In this document: positions 39,663-52,319 of the stretch, one piece after another
Layout of the letters: every line of letters begins with the position of its first letter
Position numbering within the stretch: the first letter of the stretch is position 1
Assembly: GCF_035084215.1 (NCBI RefSeq)
Contig: NW_027139247.1
Span: 372,001-436,000, forward strand
DNA: 64,000 nucleotides
Direction: 5' to 3'
Source of the DNA: Heptranchias perlo
Taxonomy: Eukaryota
The notes under the pieces: model-generated
What the model saw: only the letters and a program-made list of their open reading frames with translations
Told to the model about the DNA's origin: nothing
The model's database searches: none
Made by a program: the position numbers and the translations under genes

Positions 39663-41597
39663 CTTCATGTCTGAAGAAGCTTGTTGGAGTACCAACATAT
39701 ACCAATGTCTGCCTCAGCAGAAGGACATCTCAACATGGAACAGTATCACGGACTTTGCTTCAGATCATTCTGTGGTTGATTCGTGACATGGGCCGATTAC
39801 CCTCGCATGTGGAGAATGATCTCCTCCCCACCGTGATCAGTGTGTGTGGTAGTTGCTTATCAGCACTTAGTCACTCAGACTGATGTAATCTGCAAGAGAA
39901 TTGTTGGCTCGCGCTGCAGACTCAGAGAAGGGTCAGGATTCAGCCAGTGGTGATGGGTCCTGTAGTCACTCGGCAGCATAATTAACCTGTGCGTACATAG
40001 TATCCTGAGGCTCCTACTACTCTTGCTGCTTCCTCCTGGTGAGAGGGGTATTTTCTGTTTCGACGATAGTGGTGCAAGCTTTGAACACATATCTGGAAAT
40101 TCCGCTCCTCCTGCCCACAAAAATAGAACGGCCAGGGGACCATGGGTTAGATGCGTGGAATATTCCGATATGCACTCGCGGTTTGTGCCAGTCTCAGCTC
40201 TGATTTCTGGCGCCAACCACCATGAATGGATGACACTCGTGTATAATTTAGGTTTCAGTAATTTGATCCCATCAGAGGATTGCTTGCAAATCCTACAGAG
40301 CAAAGCTAGATATTCCCACCATCATCACGGTGCTCGGTGAAGGACGGGAGCTAAACTTCTTTAAATTTCGCTTCCTCATAAGTCAAGAGCCCAACAGCAC
40401 AATCGTCAAGACATCTCCAGTTAAAGGCTTAATTTAACTTCCCTCTTGGCTCTTTTAAAGCTTAGACCAGCTGTATAATATATGATATTGATGCCATTTG
40501 AGTGGATGGAACTATTTGCCCAATTACTAAGCAGAATGTGATTGAAAGATAGCTGTGCTGTGCCTGGAGCGGGAAGCTTTATGGTATTATATTTATGTTT
40601 CAATATGATTTTAGAGTGGGCAGAATTACAGGTTTAATTTTTGTGTTTGGAATCTCCCGACGTGGAACCATGGACAACCCAGCGGGCATTCCCTGATATT
40701 TGCTCCCTTCACATGTGCCGTGTCTGCAGTGCCCAAGTAGAAAATATACATATATGTACTTGGAAATTGACTTCATTTTCAAGTTCATGGGAAGTTCAGT
40801 GAAGAATGTTGGAAGAGAGTTGACTTGTAACTTGTTATGCCGCCACAGATGCCAGTCTCAGAGTGGAATCTGTGCAGCAGGATGTGCAGTCGGTAAATCC
40901 CAGTTACACTTGGGGCTGTACACCGCTAAAGGTCTCACATTTCCTACCCAGGGCAGAGCTCTCCCAGTATGTGTTTACTAGTTTTTAATGTTACAAGAGT
41001 AGTGGGAATGTCCACTTTCTCATGACATTAAAATTGATTCTTTACTAAGGTCAAAGAGTTGTCAGTTGGTTCAAATGATATCCAGAGAACTACTTAAACT
41101 TGGATTCACACCAGGCCAGAGTTATACGACAATCGATATGAAGCACAAACTATGTGACACTCTCACTAGGGCTGGTCTCACATCTTCGCCTTTCAGTGCG
41201 CTCAGAAAACAAACCATAGATCCGACTCTTGAATTATATTTCAACTTTCATGAGACTTTACATCCAAGGCCAAGTCACTGTACAACTATTGACCTCAGGG
41301 TACTCCTTAACCCAGGTGCACTCAGCTGCTAATGACGTTTGCAACTATCCCATCAGCCCATTTTAAACATTGTAGAATTCTAGGCCAGTTGTGTCCTTAT
41401 GTTGGCATTTTGATATAAATGCAAAGTGATTTCATATATTCATGAGTTAAAAAAGAAAGTGCATCACAGGAGTGAGGAGAACAGTGTGGCGTCCAATGTG
41501 GAAAATTGCCCAGTTATGTCCTGTCCACAAAAAGCAGGACAAACCCAATCCGGCCAATTACCGCCCCATCAGTCTACTCTCAACCATCAGCAAAGTG

Positions 41598-41816
41598 TGG
41601 AGATGCCGGTGATGGACTGGGGTTGACAATTGTAAACAATTTTACAACACCAAGTTATAGTCCAGCAATTTTATTTTAAATTCACAAGCTTTCGGAGGCT
41701 ACCTCCTTCCTCAGATTTTCCGCATCGTTCACCTGAGGAAGGAGGTAGCCTCCGAAAGCTTGTGAATTTAAAATAAAATTGCTGGACTATAACTTGGTGT
41801 TGTAAAATTGTTTACA
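41598..41816. mobile_element. Penelope-like element terminal (pLTR) hairpin fragment
   Basis: Perfect ~86-bp inverted arms (41629-41714 / 41733-41818), 12-bp TSD atcagcaaagtg (41586-41597, 41817-41828) and a hammerhead core; related fragment at 53821-53860. Confidence 0.85.
41728..41766 (+). ncRNA. Minimal type I hammerhead ribozyme motif
   Basis: Stem I uucac/gugaa; core CUGAGGA; stem II ggagg-uag-ccucc; GAAA; palindromic AAGCUU in place of stem III; predicted cleavage after CUU (41761). Confidence 0.75.
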
Positions 41817-43261
41817 ATCAGCAAAGTGATGGAAGGTGTCGTCGACAGTGCTATCAAGCGGCACTTACTCACCAATAACCTGCTCACCGATGCTCAGTTT
41901 GGGTTCCGCCAGGACCACTCGGCTCCAGACCTCATTACAGCCTTGGCCCAAACACAGACAAAAGAGCTGAATTCCAGAGGTGAGGTGAGAGTGACTGCCC
42001 TTGACATCAAGGCAGCATTTGACCGAGTGTGGCACTAAGGAGCCCAAGTAAAATTGAAGTCAATGGGAATCAGGGGGAAAACTCTCCAGTAGCTGGAGTC
42101 ATACCTAGCACAAAGGAAGATGGTAGTGGTTGTTGGAGGCCAATCATCTCAGCCCCAGGACATTGCTGCAGGAGTTCCTTAGGGCAGTGTCTTAGGCCCA
42201 ACCATCTTCAGCTGCTCATCAATGACCTTCCCTCCATCATAAGGTCAGAAATGGGGATGTTCGCTGATGATTGCACAGTGTTCAGTTCCATTCGCAACCC
42301 CTCAGATAATGAAGCAGTCCGAGCCCGCATGCAGCAAGACCTGGACAACATCCAGGTTCTGGTTGATAAGTGACAAGTAACATTCGCACCAGACAAGTGC
42401 CAGGCAATGACCATCTCCAACAAGAGAGAGTCTAACCACCTCCCCTTGACATTCAATGGCATTACCATCACTGAACCCCTACCATCAACATCCTGGGGGT
42501 CGCCATTGACCAGAAACTTAACTGGGCCAGTCACATAAATACTGTGGCTACAAGAGCAGGTCAGAGGCTGGGTATTCTGCGGCGAGTGACTCACCTCCTG
42601 ACTCCCCCAAAGACTTTCCACCATCTACAAGGCACAAGTCAGGAGTGTGATGGAATACTCTCCACTTCCCTGGATGAGTGCAGCTCCAACAACACTCAAG
42701 AAGCTCAACACCATCCAGGACAACGCAGCACACTTGATTGGCACCCCATCCACCACCCTAAACATTCACTCCCTTCACCACCGGCACACCGTGGCTGCAG
42801 TGTGTACCATCCACAGGATGCACTGCAGCAACTCGCCAAGGCTTCTTCGACAGCACCTCCCAAATCCACGACCCCTACCAGATAAAGGGACAAGGGCTGT
42901 AGGCACATGGGAACAACACCACCTGCACGTTCCCCTCCAAGTCATACACCATCCCGACTTGGAAATATATCGCCGTTCCTTCATTGTCGCTGGGTCAAAA
43001 TCCTGGAACTTCCTTCCTAACAGCACTGTGGGAGAACCTTCACCACAAGGACTGCAGCGGTTCAAGAAGGCGGCTCACCACCACCTTCTCAAGGGCAACT
43101 AGGGATGGGCAATAAATGCCGGACTCGCCAGCGACGCCCACATCCCATGAACGAATAAGAAAAAAACTAAAGGTAAGTGCTCAGGCCCAAGAATTCAGCC
43201 ATAAAGCTGTTGATAGGACAAAGAGGCAACAAGAGAAACGGTAACCTGTCTTTTCGCTTCC

Positions 43262-44698
43262 TCAGACCATCTGAACGTGTCTTAGAGTGCCTGGAGGACC
43301 CCCCATCCCCCCACCACCCACTCCCCCCCCCCCGGCGCTATTTAAAGGGACCATGCAGGATTTACAGGTTAGTGGCTGGATTATTGCTTCTGGCTGCCCA
43401 GACATTTGTAACTGTCTTTGGAGGTCTCCTACACTTGAATACTAGGCCGCAGGGACATAGCCTAACATTTAGAGCCAGGAGGTGCAGGAGTGAAGTTAGG
43501 AAATGCTTCTACACGCAAAGGGTGGGAGATGTTTGGAACACTCTTCTACAGACGGCAGTTGATGCTCGCTCACTTGTGAAAGTTAAATCTGAGATTGATA
43601 GATTTCTGTGAACCAAGGGTATTAAGGGATATGGGGCTAAGGTGGGTATATGGAGTTAGGTCACAGGTCCACCATGATCTCATTGAATGGTGGAACAGGC
43701 TCGAGGGGCTGAATGCCACTGCCACTTGCTGCCTCTTGATATGCGCCACCTTCTCCTGCAAGAAAGCAGGACGTGTGTCTGGGTGATGTGTCTGTCATGG
43801 TTGAATAGCTGTTAGTGTGTGTGGCCTGTGAGTTGTGGGTGGGCGGCTTGAAACAGTGGTAATGTGTCAGGGTGAGAGGAAGCATCTGATGGGAAGAGTT
43901 GAGTACTGATGGAAAGAGTTTGTTGGTATGTGGGTGATGGGGGTGTCGTGTGTGGAGCAGTTGGTTGGAGACACCACTTGACAGTTGACCTCACTCACCT
44001 TGACCACTCATGTCAAAGCATTGAACTTCTTCCTGCACTGCATCCATGTTCATGATGCTGTGAGCCTGGCATTGACTTTGTCCCCCGCTGCCTCCCACTG
44101 CCTTTTGAGTATATGTCTGGAGGGCCTCTTGCACCCCCCCCTCACTTCCCCCCACTGTGGATATAGGATGTCCCTCCTTCTGTCCACCTCTTGCACCAAG
44201 GTCTCTAGTGCATCAGCAGAGAACCTTGGTGCATGTACTCTCACAGGCCTGGTACCAACTCAGATCGGCAGATTGGTGAGGTCTGGTGTGCAGATTGGAG
44301 GATGTGGGATTTAGTAGTGCGCAACCTTTATTCAATGTTTTAACATAACTCATCAGTGTGTAAACATAGGGATAGGACCTGCATCTCTGTGTTACGTCTG
44401 CTATCGCTGATCTCCATTCAGACAGTAGACTGCTTTTTTCAGCAAATAGCAGGTACCAGCTCCCTTTAAGAGATTTCTAAGAAACATCCTCCCTTTAAAA
44501 GATTGATCTCCCTCTGATGGTGGAAAGTGTGAATTGCATTGATTCCAGGTGCAAGACCTGGGATGGAACGCTGATCGCAGGGAAGTCCTCGGGTGGGTCA
44601 AAACTCGTGTCCTGCCTGCGCCGGGGTCATTGACCGTGGGGTAATAGCACATCACGCTACCCCCGCCCAAAAACGGCCCCTATCCAATTTATTTCCCC
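43262..44698 (-). mobile_element. Harbinger family B copy 2 (one end missing)
   Basis: Reverse complement of ~5176-6590, including the embedded CR1 tail. Confidence 0.9.
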
Positions 44699-46117
44699 CA
44701 TTGACTATTAAGCTTGTTAAAAATTAATACAATTTCTGATCCTGATCAGGGGACAATTTTAATCTAACCCTCCCGTTGGAAAACTGACGGGATCAGGTGC
44801 AAGGCTGGTGTTTCACACCGCCCGATTTTGCTGTCCATTGATGTCATTGGAGATTAATATTGCACTGGGGTGGAAAACTAGTCTTCCATCTGATTCCGTG
44901 GGTTTCCCGCCCGGCGAGTTCGGCTAAAATTTCCAATTTTGTGCAGAAAAAATGCAGCTGCCATTATATCAGCATGTGGGCTGATATTTTTAACAAGCTT
45001 TCCAGTTTATATTTCAACCCGAGAAATTTATTGACGATATTTTGTGCTTCTGCAATGTAAAATCAAACTATAAAATATTAAATCAAAGTACTGTGTAAAA
45101 ATAAGGACCGAATGTATGACTTTGAAATGGAGACTGAATTATTCTAGGAAAAATATCCTATGTTCCAATTAGTTCAACTTGCCCACTTCCTAAATTGCCC
45201 TAAGTCTTCTTATATAACTGTGAATTATATCAAACCAAAGTAAGGACAGAAGGCATGAAGTACAGATGGGTATGAATGATGTCTGGGCACTTTGGTCCAG
45301 TTATCCCCAATGCTCGATCTCACTTCACTGGAATAATAGACTTGGTGCTAGATTTTCAATGGATGGAGAATCAGGCGGATTCTGCAAATGATGTGGGACC
45401 CTCCTCATCTGAATTTACTTTGTCATGCTTTACACTCAGGCAGTAAAAACTAAACTCTATCCCTTGGTCGTCACCTTATGTGCAAGGTCAATTGTGATAT
45501 TATATAAGCACTGTTTTTTTGGTTCCATTTTCTGGAAACAGAGCTAACCTGTGATGTGTGATTAGCAAAATCAATAAGTTGCTTGCAACATTTTGGTGTG
45601 AATGCGCACAGTGTTACTTCAGTCTGTGGAATTACAATGGTTTGCTTTGTTGGCATTCTTCATTTCCAACAAAGAGTAAACGTGTCCCTCGGACATTTCA
45701 TCCAAGGCTGCCACCTGATGGGATGTGGGATTAGCATTAGCCTCCCTGTAATGGGCTGACCGATCCAAGGTACCCATTACTGGTCGTTGTTGAGAGACCA
45801 CCCGCTAGATGATCCTTGTGTGCAGATGTTGGGTTGGTCTGTGGTGCGGTGCACTGACTCTCATAGTGGAATATCCCACTGATTCTCACTATATGGGCTC
45901 ACACCTGAAAAGTGATCACCACAGCGAAATAGGAGAGGTCACTGGCACCCACGTAACTTTATCCCGGCATCAGAAACCGTCTCCTCGAGAGTGAGGGGGG
46001 GAGGTCAGAAAATGAGAGGGGAAATTCAAAGAGAAGGTATAAATACCAAACCAAGGGACAGAGGCCTTGTTACATCTAATTACATTTCTTACAGCAATTG
46101 TTCAACTCTTTTTAAAC

Positions 46118-46388
46118 TAGAATTTAAGGTAATTGGCAAAAGAACCAGAGGGGAGATGCGGAGAAATATTTTTACGCAGCGAGTTGTTCTGATCTGGAAT
46201 GCGCTGCCTGAAAGGGCGGTGGAAGCAGATTCAATAATAACTTTCAAAAGGGAATTGGATAAATACTTACAGGGGAAAAATTTGTAGGGCCACAGGGAAA
46301 GAGCAGGGGAATGGGACTAACTTCATAGACCTTTCAAAGAGCCGGCCCAGGCACGATGGGCCGAATGGCCTCCTCCTGTGCTGTATCA
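46118..46388 (+). mobile_element. CR1 3' end fragment
   Basis: FKVIGKRTRGEMRRNIFTQRVVLIWNALP plus a CR1 3' UTR. Confidence 0.9.
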
Positions 46389-46390
46389 CA

Positions 46391-46988
46391 ATTTTTTTTA
46401 TTTGTTCATGGGATGTGGGCATCGCTGGCGAGGGAGCATTTATTGCCCATCCCTAATTGCCCTTGAGAAGGTGGTGGTGAGCCGCCTTCTTGAACCGCTG
46501 CAGTCCGTGTGGTGACGGTTCTCCCACAGTGCTGTTAGGGAGTTCCAGGATTTTGACCCAGCGACGATGAAGGAACGGCGATATATTTCCAAGTCGGGAT
46601 GGTGTGTGACTTGGAGGGGAATGTGCAGGTGGTGTTGTTCCCATGTGCCTGCTGCCCTTGTCCTTCTAGGTGGTAAAGGTCGCGGATTTGGGAGGTGCTG
46701 TCAAAGAAGCCTTGGCGAGTTGCTGCAGTGCATCCTGTGGATGGTACACACTGCAGACACAGTGCGCCGGTGATGAAGGGAATGAACGTTTAGGGTTGTC
46801 GATGAGGTGCCAATCAAGCGGGCTGTTTTTTCCTGGATGGTGTTGAGCTTCTTGAGTGTTGTTGCAGCTGCACTCATCCAAGCAAGTGGAGAGTATTCCA
46901 TCACACTCCTGACTTGTGACTTGTAGATGGTGGAAAGGCTTTGGGGAGTCAGAAGGTGATTCACTCGTCACAGAATACCCAGCCTCTG
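46391..46988 (-). mobile_element. CR1-group LINE (second lineage) 3' fragment
   Basis: ORF 46701..46964 and a T-tract at 46392-46399. Confidence 0.9.
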
Positions 46989-47415
46989 GCCTCTATGATT
47001 CTATAATGCTAGAATGTCCCACTAACTTGTCTAACTTTTCCCTATTTCCACCTTCCCATAGATCCTCATGGTCTCGTGGGGTGAAACTGACATTGTATCC
47101 GTGTGCTAGTCTGTATATTAAGACGTCAGCATTTCATAACATTATTTTTCAAATGTGAGCCATAGGTTTTGTGGCACATACGTGACTGCTGGACCCCTAG
47201 AATGATTTGTGCCTTTAAAAAAAATCTGAGCTCTTCCTCTTGTAATTTCGCTTCCCACAAAAGAATTACCATTGCATTTGTAAAACATTTGCAATGAAAG
47301 ATTTTGTCGAACTTTCCAGTTCCCTGGGAGCTAAGCCTAGTGCTCTGTCATGGCTCCACAAAGTTCCTGCATCCATTTTGTCTGAACCGATTACATAGAA
47401 TTACATGTTACATAG

Positions 47416-48769
47416 GGGGAAAAAAAATTGGATAAGGCCCGTTTTTGGGCGTGGGTAGCGTGATGTGCTATCACCACGTGCCCAATGGCCCCTGCGCAAG
47501 CAATGCCCAAGTTTCGGCCGGCAGGTGGACTCACCCACACTCAGCGTTCCGTTCTGGGCCTTGCATGTGGAATCAATGCAATTCGCACTTTGCACCACCA
47601 GGGGGTGCTCAATCTCTTAAAGGGAGGATGTTTCTTAGTAATCTCTTAAAACGTAGCTGATACCTGTTATTTGCTGAAAATAACAATCTGCTGTCTGCAT
47701 GGAGTCTGAATGGAGATCAGACATCGCACACATAAAAAACAGATGCAGGTCCCATCCTTATGTTTACACACTGATGAGTTATGTTAAAACATTCAATAAA
47801 GGTTGCACACTACTAAATCCCACATCCTCCAATCTGCACACCAGACCTCACCAATCTGCCGATCTGAGTTGGTACCAGGCCTGTGAGAGTGCGTGCACCA
47901 AGGTTCTCTGCTGATGCACTAGAGACCTTGGTGCAAGAGGTGGATAGAAGGAGGGACATCCTATATCCGCAGGGGGGGGTGTGGGAGGGAGGGGGGGGGG
48001 GGCGCAAGAGGCCCTCCAGACATATACTCAAAAGGCAGTGGGAGGCAGCGGGGGACGAAGTCAATGCCAAGAGCACAGCATCATGAACATGGATACAGTG
48101 CAGGAAGAAGTTCAATGCTTTGACATGAGTGGTCAAGGTGAGTGAGGTCAACTGTCAAATGGTGTCTCCAACCAACTGCACCACACACTACACCCCCATC
48201 ACCCACATACCAACAAACCTTTTCCATCAAAACTCAACTCTTACAATCAGATGCTTCCTCTCACCCTTACACATTACCGCTGTTTCAAGCCGCCCACCCA
48301 CAACTCACAGGCCATAAACACTAGCTATTCAACCATGACAGGCACATCACAAGACACACGTCCCACTTTCTTGCAGGAGAAGGTGGCGCATATCAGGAGG
48401 CAGCAAGTTTCAGTAGCATTTAGCCCATCGAGCCTGTTCCGCCATTCAGTGAGATTCTCCAGGCACTCTAAGACACGTTCAGATGGTCAGGGTTAAGACA
48501 GTGCGTAGAGTTGAGCGTTAGACACCATTTTGGGACTTATCACTTTAAATCAGCGTTGCACACTGATTGAAGCCATTTTCTCCCGACTTTACATGATTCC
48601 AGCGTTCCTGATCTGCACCTGTGTTAACTCCTATACCAAGATGGCGTCCAGCGCACGTCATGCACGTCACACTGGAAACATGAGTGCGCATCAAAGACAC
48701 CATCTTGGATGTCAGAGAGGCCGTCTTGCACCGAAACAACGGGCGCTACACGGCCCAATTTAACGCCCA
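47416..48769 (+). mobile_element. Harbinger family B copy 3 with internal deletion
   Basis: TSD TAG on both sides (47413-47415, 48770-48772); Myb/SANT ORF 47883..48086; most of the CR1 cargo deleted near 48455. Confidence 0.88.
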
Positions 48770-48953
48770 TAGAATCTCCAGCACAGAAACAGGCCATTCT
48801 GCCCAATGGGTCTATGCCGTTATTAAAAATCCGACGTCTTCCGAAGCTAATTACTTCTTCCCAACTTGCCTTCATATACCTCTATTCCCTTCGCCCCCAG
48901 GTAAGCACCAAGCCCCTTCTTAAATGCAGCAATGCTCTCTGTTTTGACCATTT

Positions 48954-49152
48954 GGTGTCAGCTGTGGCTCAGTTGGTAGCACTCTAGCTACTGAGTCAGA
49001 AGGTTGTGTGTTCAAGTTCCCCTCTCAGGGACTTGAACACAAAATCTAGGCTGACGCTCCACTGCAGTGCTGAGAGAGTGCTGCACTGTTGGTGGTGCCA
49101 TCTTTCAGAGGAGCTGTTAAACTGAGAGCCCATCTGCCCTCTCAGGTGGATA
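48954..49152 (+). mobile_element. tRNA-derived Deu-domain SINE (SacSINE1-like), 3'-truncated
   Basis: A box tggctcagttgg, B box gttcaagttcc, followed by the Deu-like core (tgcagtgctgagagagtgctgcactgt...tcaggtgga). Confidence 0.8.
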
Positions 49153-49972
49153 AGGAAATCCCTCCTAAATTCCTTTATTTGATCTGTTAGTGGCTACGAG
49201 AAAATATCCCCAGCCCAGTCCGATCCTTCCTGCTATTTGCAACCTCCCAATTCTGGGAGCATCCTTGCAAATTTTTTCTGTACTTTCTCCAGTGCTCCAA
49301 TATCCTTTTTGTAGCAAGGAGACCAAAACTGCACATAATACTCCAAGTCTGGACTAAACAAGATTCTATATCAATTTAACATTACCTCCCTGTTTTTGTG
49401 TTCTGTTCCACCAGAAATGAATCCCACTTGTTGCACTTTTTATGAACTGGTGTTGTTAATTTTTGTATCTTTATTCCAAGATCTGTTTGCTCCTCTACCC
49501 CATTTAATTTCTTACCTTCCAAGGAATAAGTAACCCCCTCATTCCTCCTATCAAAAAGCATCAGCTCACACTTTGCTATTGAATTATATTTGCCATTTAA
49601 TCGCCCACACTGCAAGCCTTGTTGTGTCTTCCCATATTTGGCTGCAGTCCTCCCCATTATTAATGTACCCCCCCCCCAAATTTGGTATAATCTGCAAATG
49701 TGGACACCATACCTCCAATTCCTGCTGTATATGGTGAACAACAGTAGTCCCAGCCCGGATCACTGCGAGACACCACTTCCCACTTTCTGCCAATCTGAGA
49801 AACTTCCCTTTACTTCTACCCTCTGTTTTCTATATCATCTTTCAATCCATTCTGCTACCTGGCCTCTGACTCCACAGGCTCTGACTCTTGTCATTAGCTT
49901 CTAATCTAGTATCTGATGTAAGACCTTCTGAATGTCCATGTAGACCACACCGGCTGCATTGCCCTTGTTAAC
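49153..49972 (-). mobile_element. Old CR1 RT fragment
   Basis: Antisense CR1 motifs, heavily degraded. Confidence 0.7.
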
Positions 49973-50442
49973 TGTGTCAGCTGTGGCTCAGTGGGTAGCA
50001 TTCCCGCCTCTGGGTTAGAAGGTTGTGGGTTTAAGTCCCACTCCAGGGACTTGAGCACAAAAATCCAGGTTGATACTCCAGTGCAGTACTGAGGGAGTGC
50101 TGTACTGTCGGAGGTGCTATCTTTTGAATGAGATGACAAACTGAGACCCTGTCTACCATCTCAGGTGGATGTAAAAGATTCCATGGCACAATTTCGGAGA
50201 AAAGCAGGGGAATTGTCCCCGAAGCCTTGTATAACATTTATCCCTCAGCCAACACCACTAAAAAAAAAGATTATCTGGTCATTATCACATTACTGTTTGT
50301 GGGAGCTTGCTGTGCGCAAATTGGCTGCCATGTTTCCTACATTACAACAGTGACTACACTTCAAAAAAGCACTTCATTGGCTGTAAAGCACTTTGGGACG
50401 TCCAGAGGTTGTGAAAGGTTATATAAATGCAAGTCTTTCTTC
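49973..50442 (+). mobile_element. tRNA-derived Deu-domain SINE (SacSINE1-like), near full length
   Basis: A/B boxes, Deu core, and an L2-like 3' end ctgtaaagcactttgggacg...tatataaatgcaagtcttt. Family name recalled from known shark SINEs. Confidence 0.85.
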
Positions 50443-51198
50443 TTGTCATTTTTACAAATCCATGCTGACTATTTGATATATTCTCCAGGGGTGAAATTGG
50501 TCTCAGGCCAAGTGCAAAACAGGCGATGATGAAGTGACAGGAAACCATTAATTTTTAAGTAGTATTCAGTGGGATATACAAAAACTGCTATTTTGGAATA
50601 TGGTGGCCCATATACATCAACTGTTTGATAATCAAGTGAAATTTGCTGCATTGTAGTTCCCCTGCTGAAGAGGGACAGAGGTGGTCACCTTCCCTGTAAG
50701 ACATTGTTGAACCCGTCGGGTTTTTAAAACAATGCGGCATTTTTCATGGATATATTTTCCTGGCACCAGGCGACAGGTGATCAGATTTGTTAAAATCAGT
50801 TTAACAACTTGACATGGTGATGTCTGACTTAAAATAGTGCAACGTCGAAGGAGTGGCCGGAACTCAGAAATGATTCGAGTCCATCCTGAAATAAATCACT
50901 GGGCTGCTACAGAAGGTCGAGCTAACAATAAATAATCGGTCAAATCATTTCACAGCCTGTGATTCCAATATAACAGGGCTGAAGAAAACAGGAGCGGGGC
51001 AGAATATCACAACAATCTGCAGGTTATCTGAACCATGCTTGTGGGCTGTCAAGAGCCCCCAAAGATGGGCACTGATGGGCCTATCACCCGGTGAAGCCAA
51101 GACCAAGCCCAAGAGAAGCACATGTTGCTGAATATAGCTCCAACTGGTTAATAAATCTGTCTGGAACAATCGTCAGAATCACGAAGTGATACCATCTA

Positions 51199-51932
51199 NN
51201 NNNNNNNNNNNNNNNNNNNNNNNNNNNNNNNNNNNNNNNNNNNNNNNNNNNNNNNNNNNNNNNNNNNNNNNNNNNNNNNNNNNNNNNNNNNNNNNNNNNN
51301 NNNNNNNNNNNNNNNNNNNNNNNNNNNNNNNNNNNNNNNNNNNNNNNNNNNNNNNNNNNNNNNNNNNNNNNNNNNNNNNNNNNNNNNNNNNNNNNNNNNN
51401 NNNNNNNNNNNNNNNNNNNNNNNNNNNNNNNNNNNNNNNNNNNNNNNNNNNNNNNNNNNNNNNNNNNNNNNNNNNNNNNNNNNNNNNNNNNNNNNNNNNN
51501 NNNNNNNNNNNNNNNNNNNNNNNNNNNNNNNNNNNNNNNNNNNNNNNNNNNNNNNNNNNNNNNNNNNNNNNNNNNNNNNNNNNNNNNNNNNNNNNNNNNN
51601 NNNNNNNNNNNNNNNNNNNNNNNNNNNNNNNNNNNNNNNNNNNNNNNNNNNNNNNNNNNNNNNNNNNNNNNNNNNNNNNNNNNNNNNNNNNNNNNNNNNN
51701 NNNNNNNNNNNNNNNNNNNNNNNNNNNNNNNNNNNNNNNNNNNNNNNNNNNNNNNNNNNNNNNNNNNNNNNNNNNNNNNNNNNNNNNNNNNNNNNNNNNN
51801 NNNNNNNNNNNNNNNNNNNNNNNNNNNNNNNNNNNNNNNNNNNNNNNNNNNNNNNNNNNNNNNNNNNNNNNNNNNNNNNNNNNNNNNNNNNNNNNNNNNN
51901 NNNNNNNNNNNNNNNNNNNNNNNNNNNNNNNN
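51199..51932. other. Assembly gap (734 N)
   Basis: Run of N. Confidence 1.
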
Positions 51933-52275
51933 CATATATCTGTCCATCTGTCTGTCTATCCATCCAACCATCCATCCAACCATCCATCTGTCTATCGATC
52001 TATCCATCCAACCATCCATCCAACCATCCATCTATCCATATATCTGTCCATCTATCTATCCATCCAACTATCCATCTATCCATATATCTGTCCATCTATC
52101 TATCTATCCAACCATCCATCTATCCATATATCTGTCCATCTATCTATCTATCCAACCATCCATCCATCTATCCATCCATCTATCCATCCATCCATCCAAT
52201 GATCCATCCATCTATCTATCTCTATCTTTCTACCTATCTATCCATCCAACCATGCATCCATCTATCTTTCTATCT
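51933..52275. repeat. (ATCC/ATCT)n compound microsatellite
   Basis: Direct reading. Confidence 0.95.
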
Positions 52276-52319
52276 ATTTTTGGGTTTGCTTATCTCAATA
52301 TGCGACAGAATGAACCCTT

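Larger units (their letters stand above)
41490..43167 (+). mobile_element. CR1-group LINE (second lineage), interrupted by a Penelope-type insertion
   Basis: NYRPISLLS, QFGFRQDHSAPDL, ALDIKAAFDRVWH, MFADDCT; A-rich tail at ~43155-43167. Confidence 0.93.

Noticed and set aside
39965-40015. ITSM-like EPQDTMYAQVNY on the minus strand
   Set aside because: Preceded by two in-frame stops and purine-rich sequence with no acceptor; likely chance.
48954-50045. tRNA genes at the A/B-box sequences
   Set aside because: They are heads of Deu-SINEs, continuing into the SINE body with no proper cloverleaf or terminator.
51084-52202. Long ORFs across 51-52 kb
   Set aside because: Artefacts of the N gap and the ATCC microsatellite.
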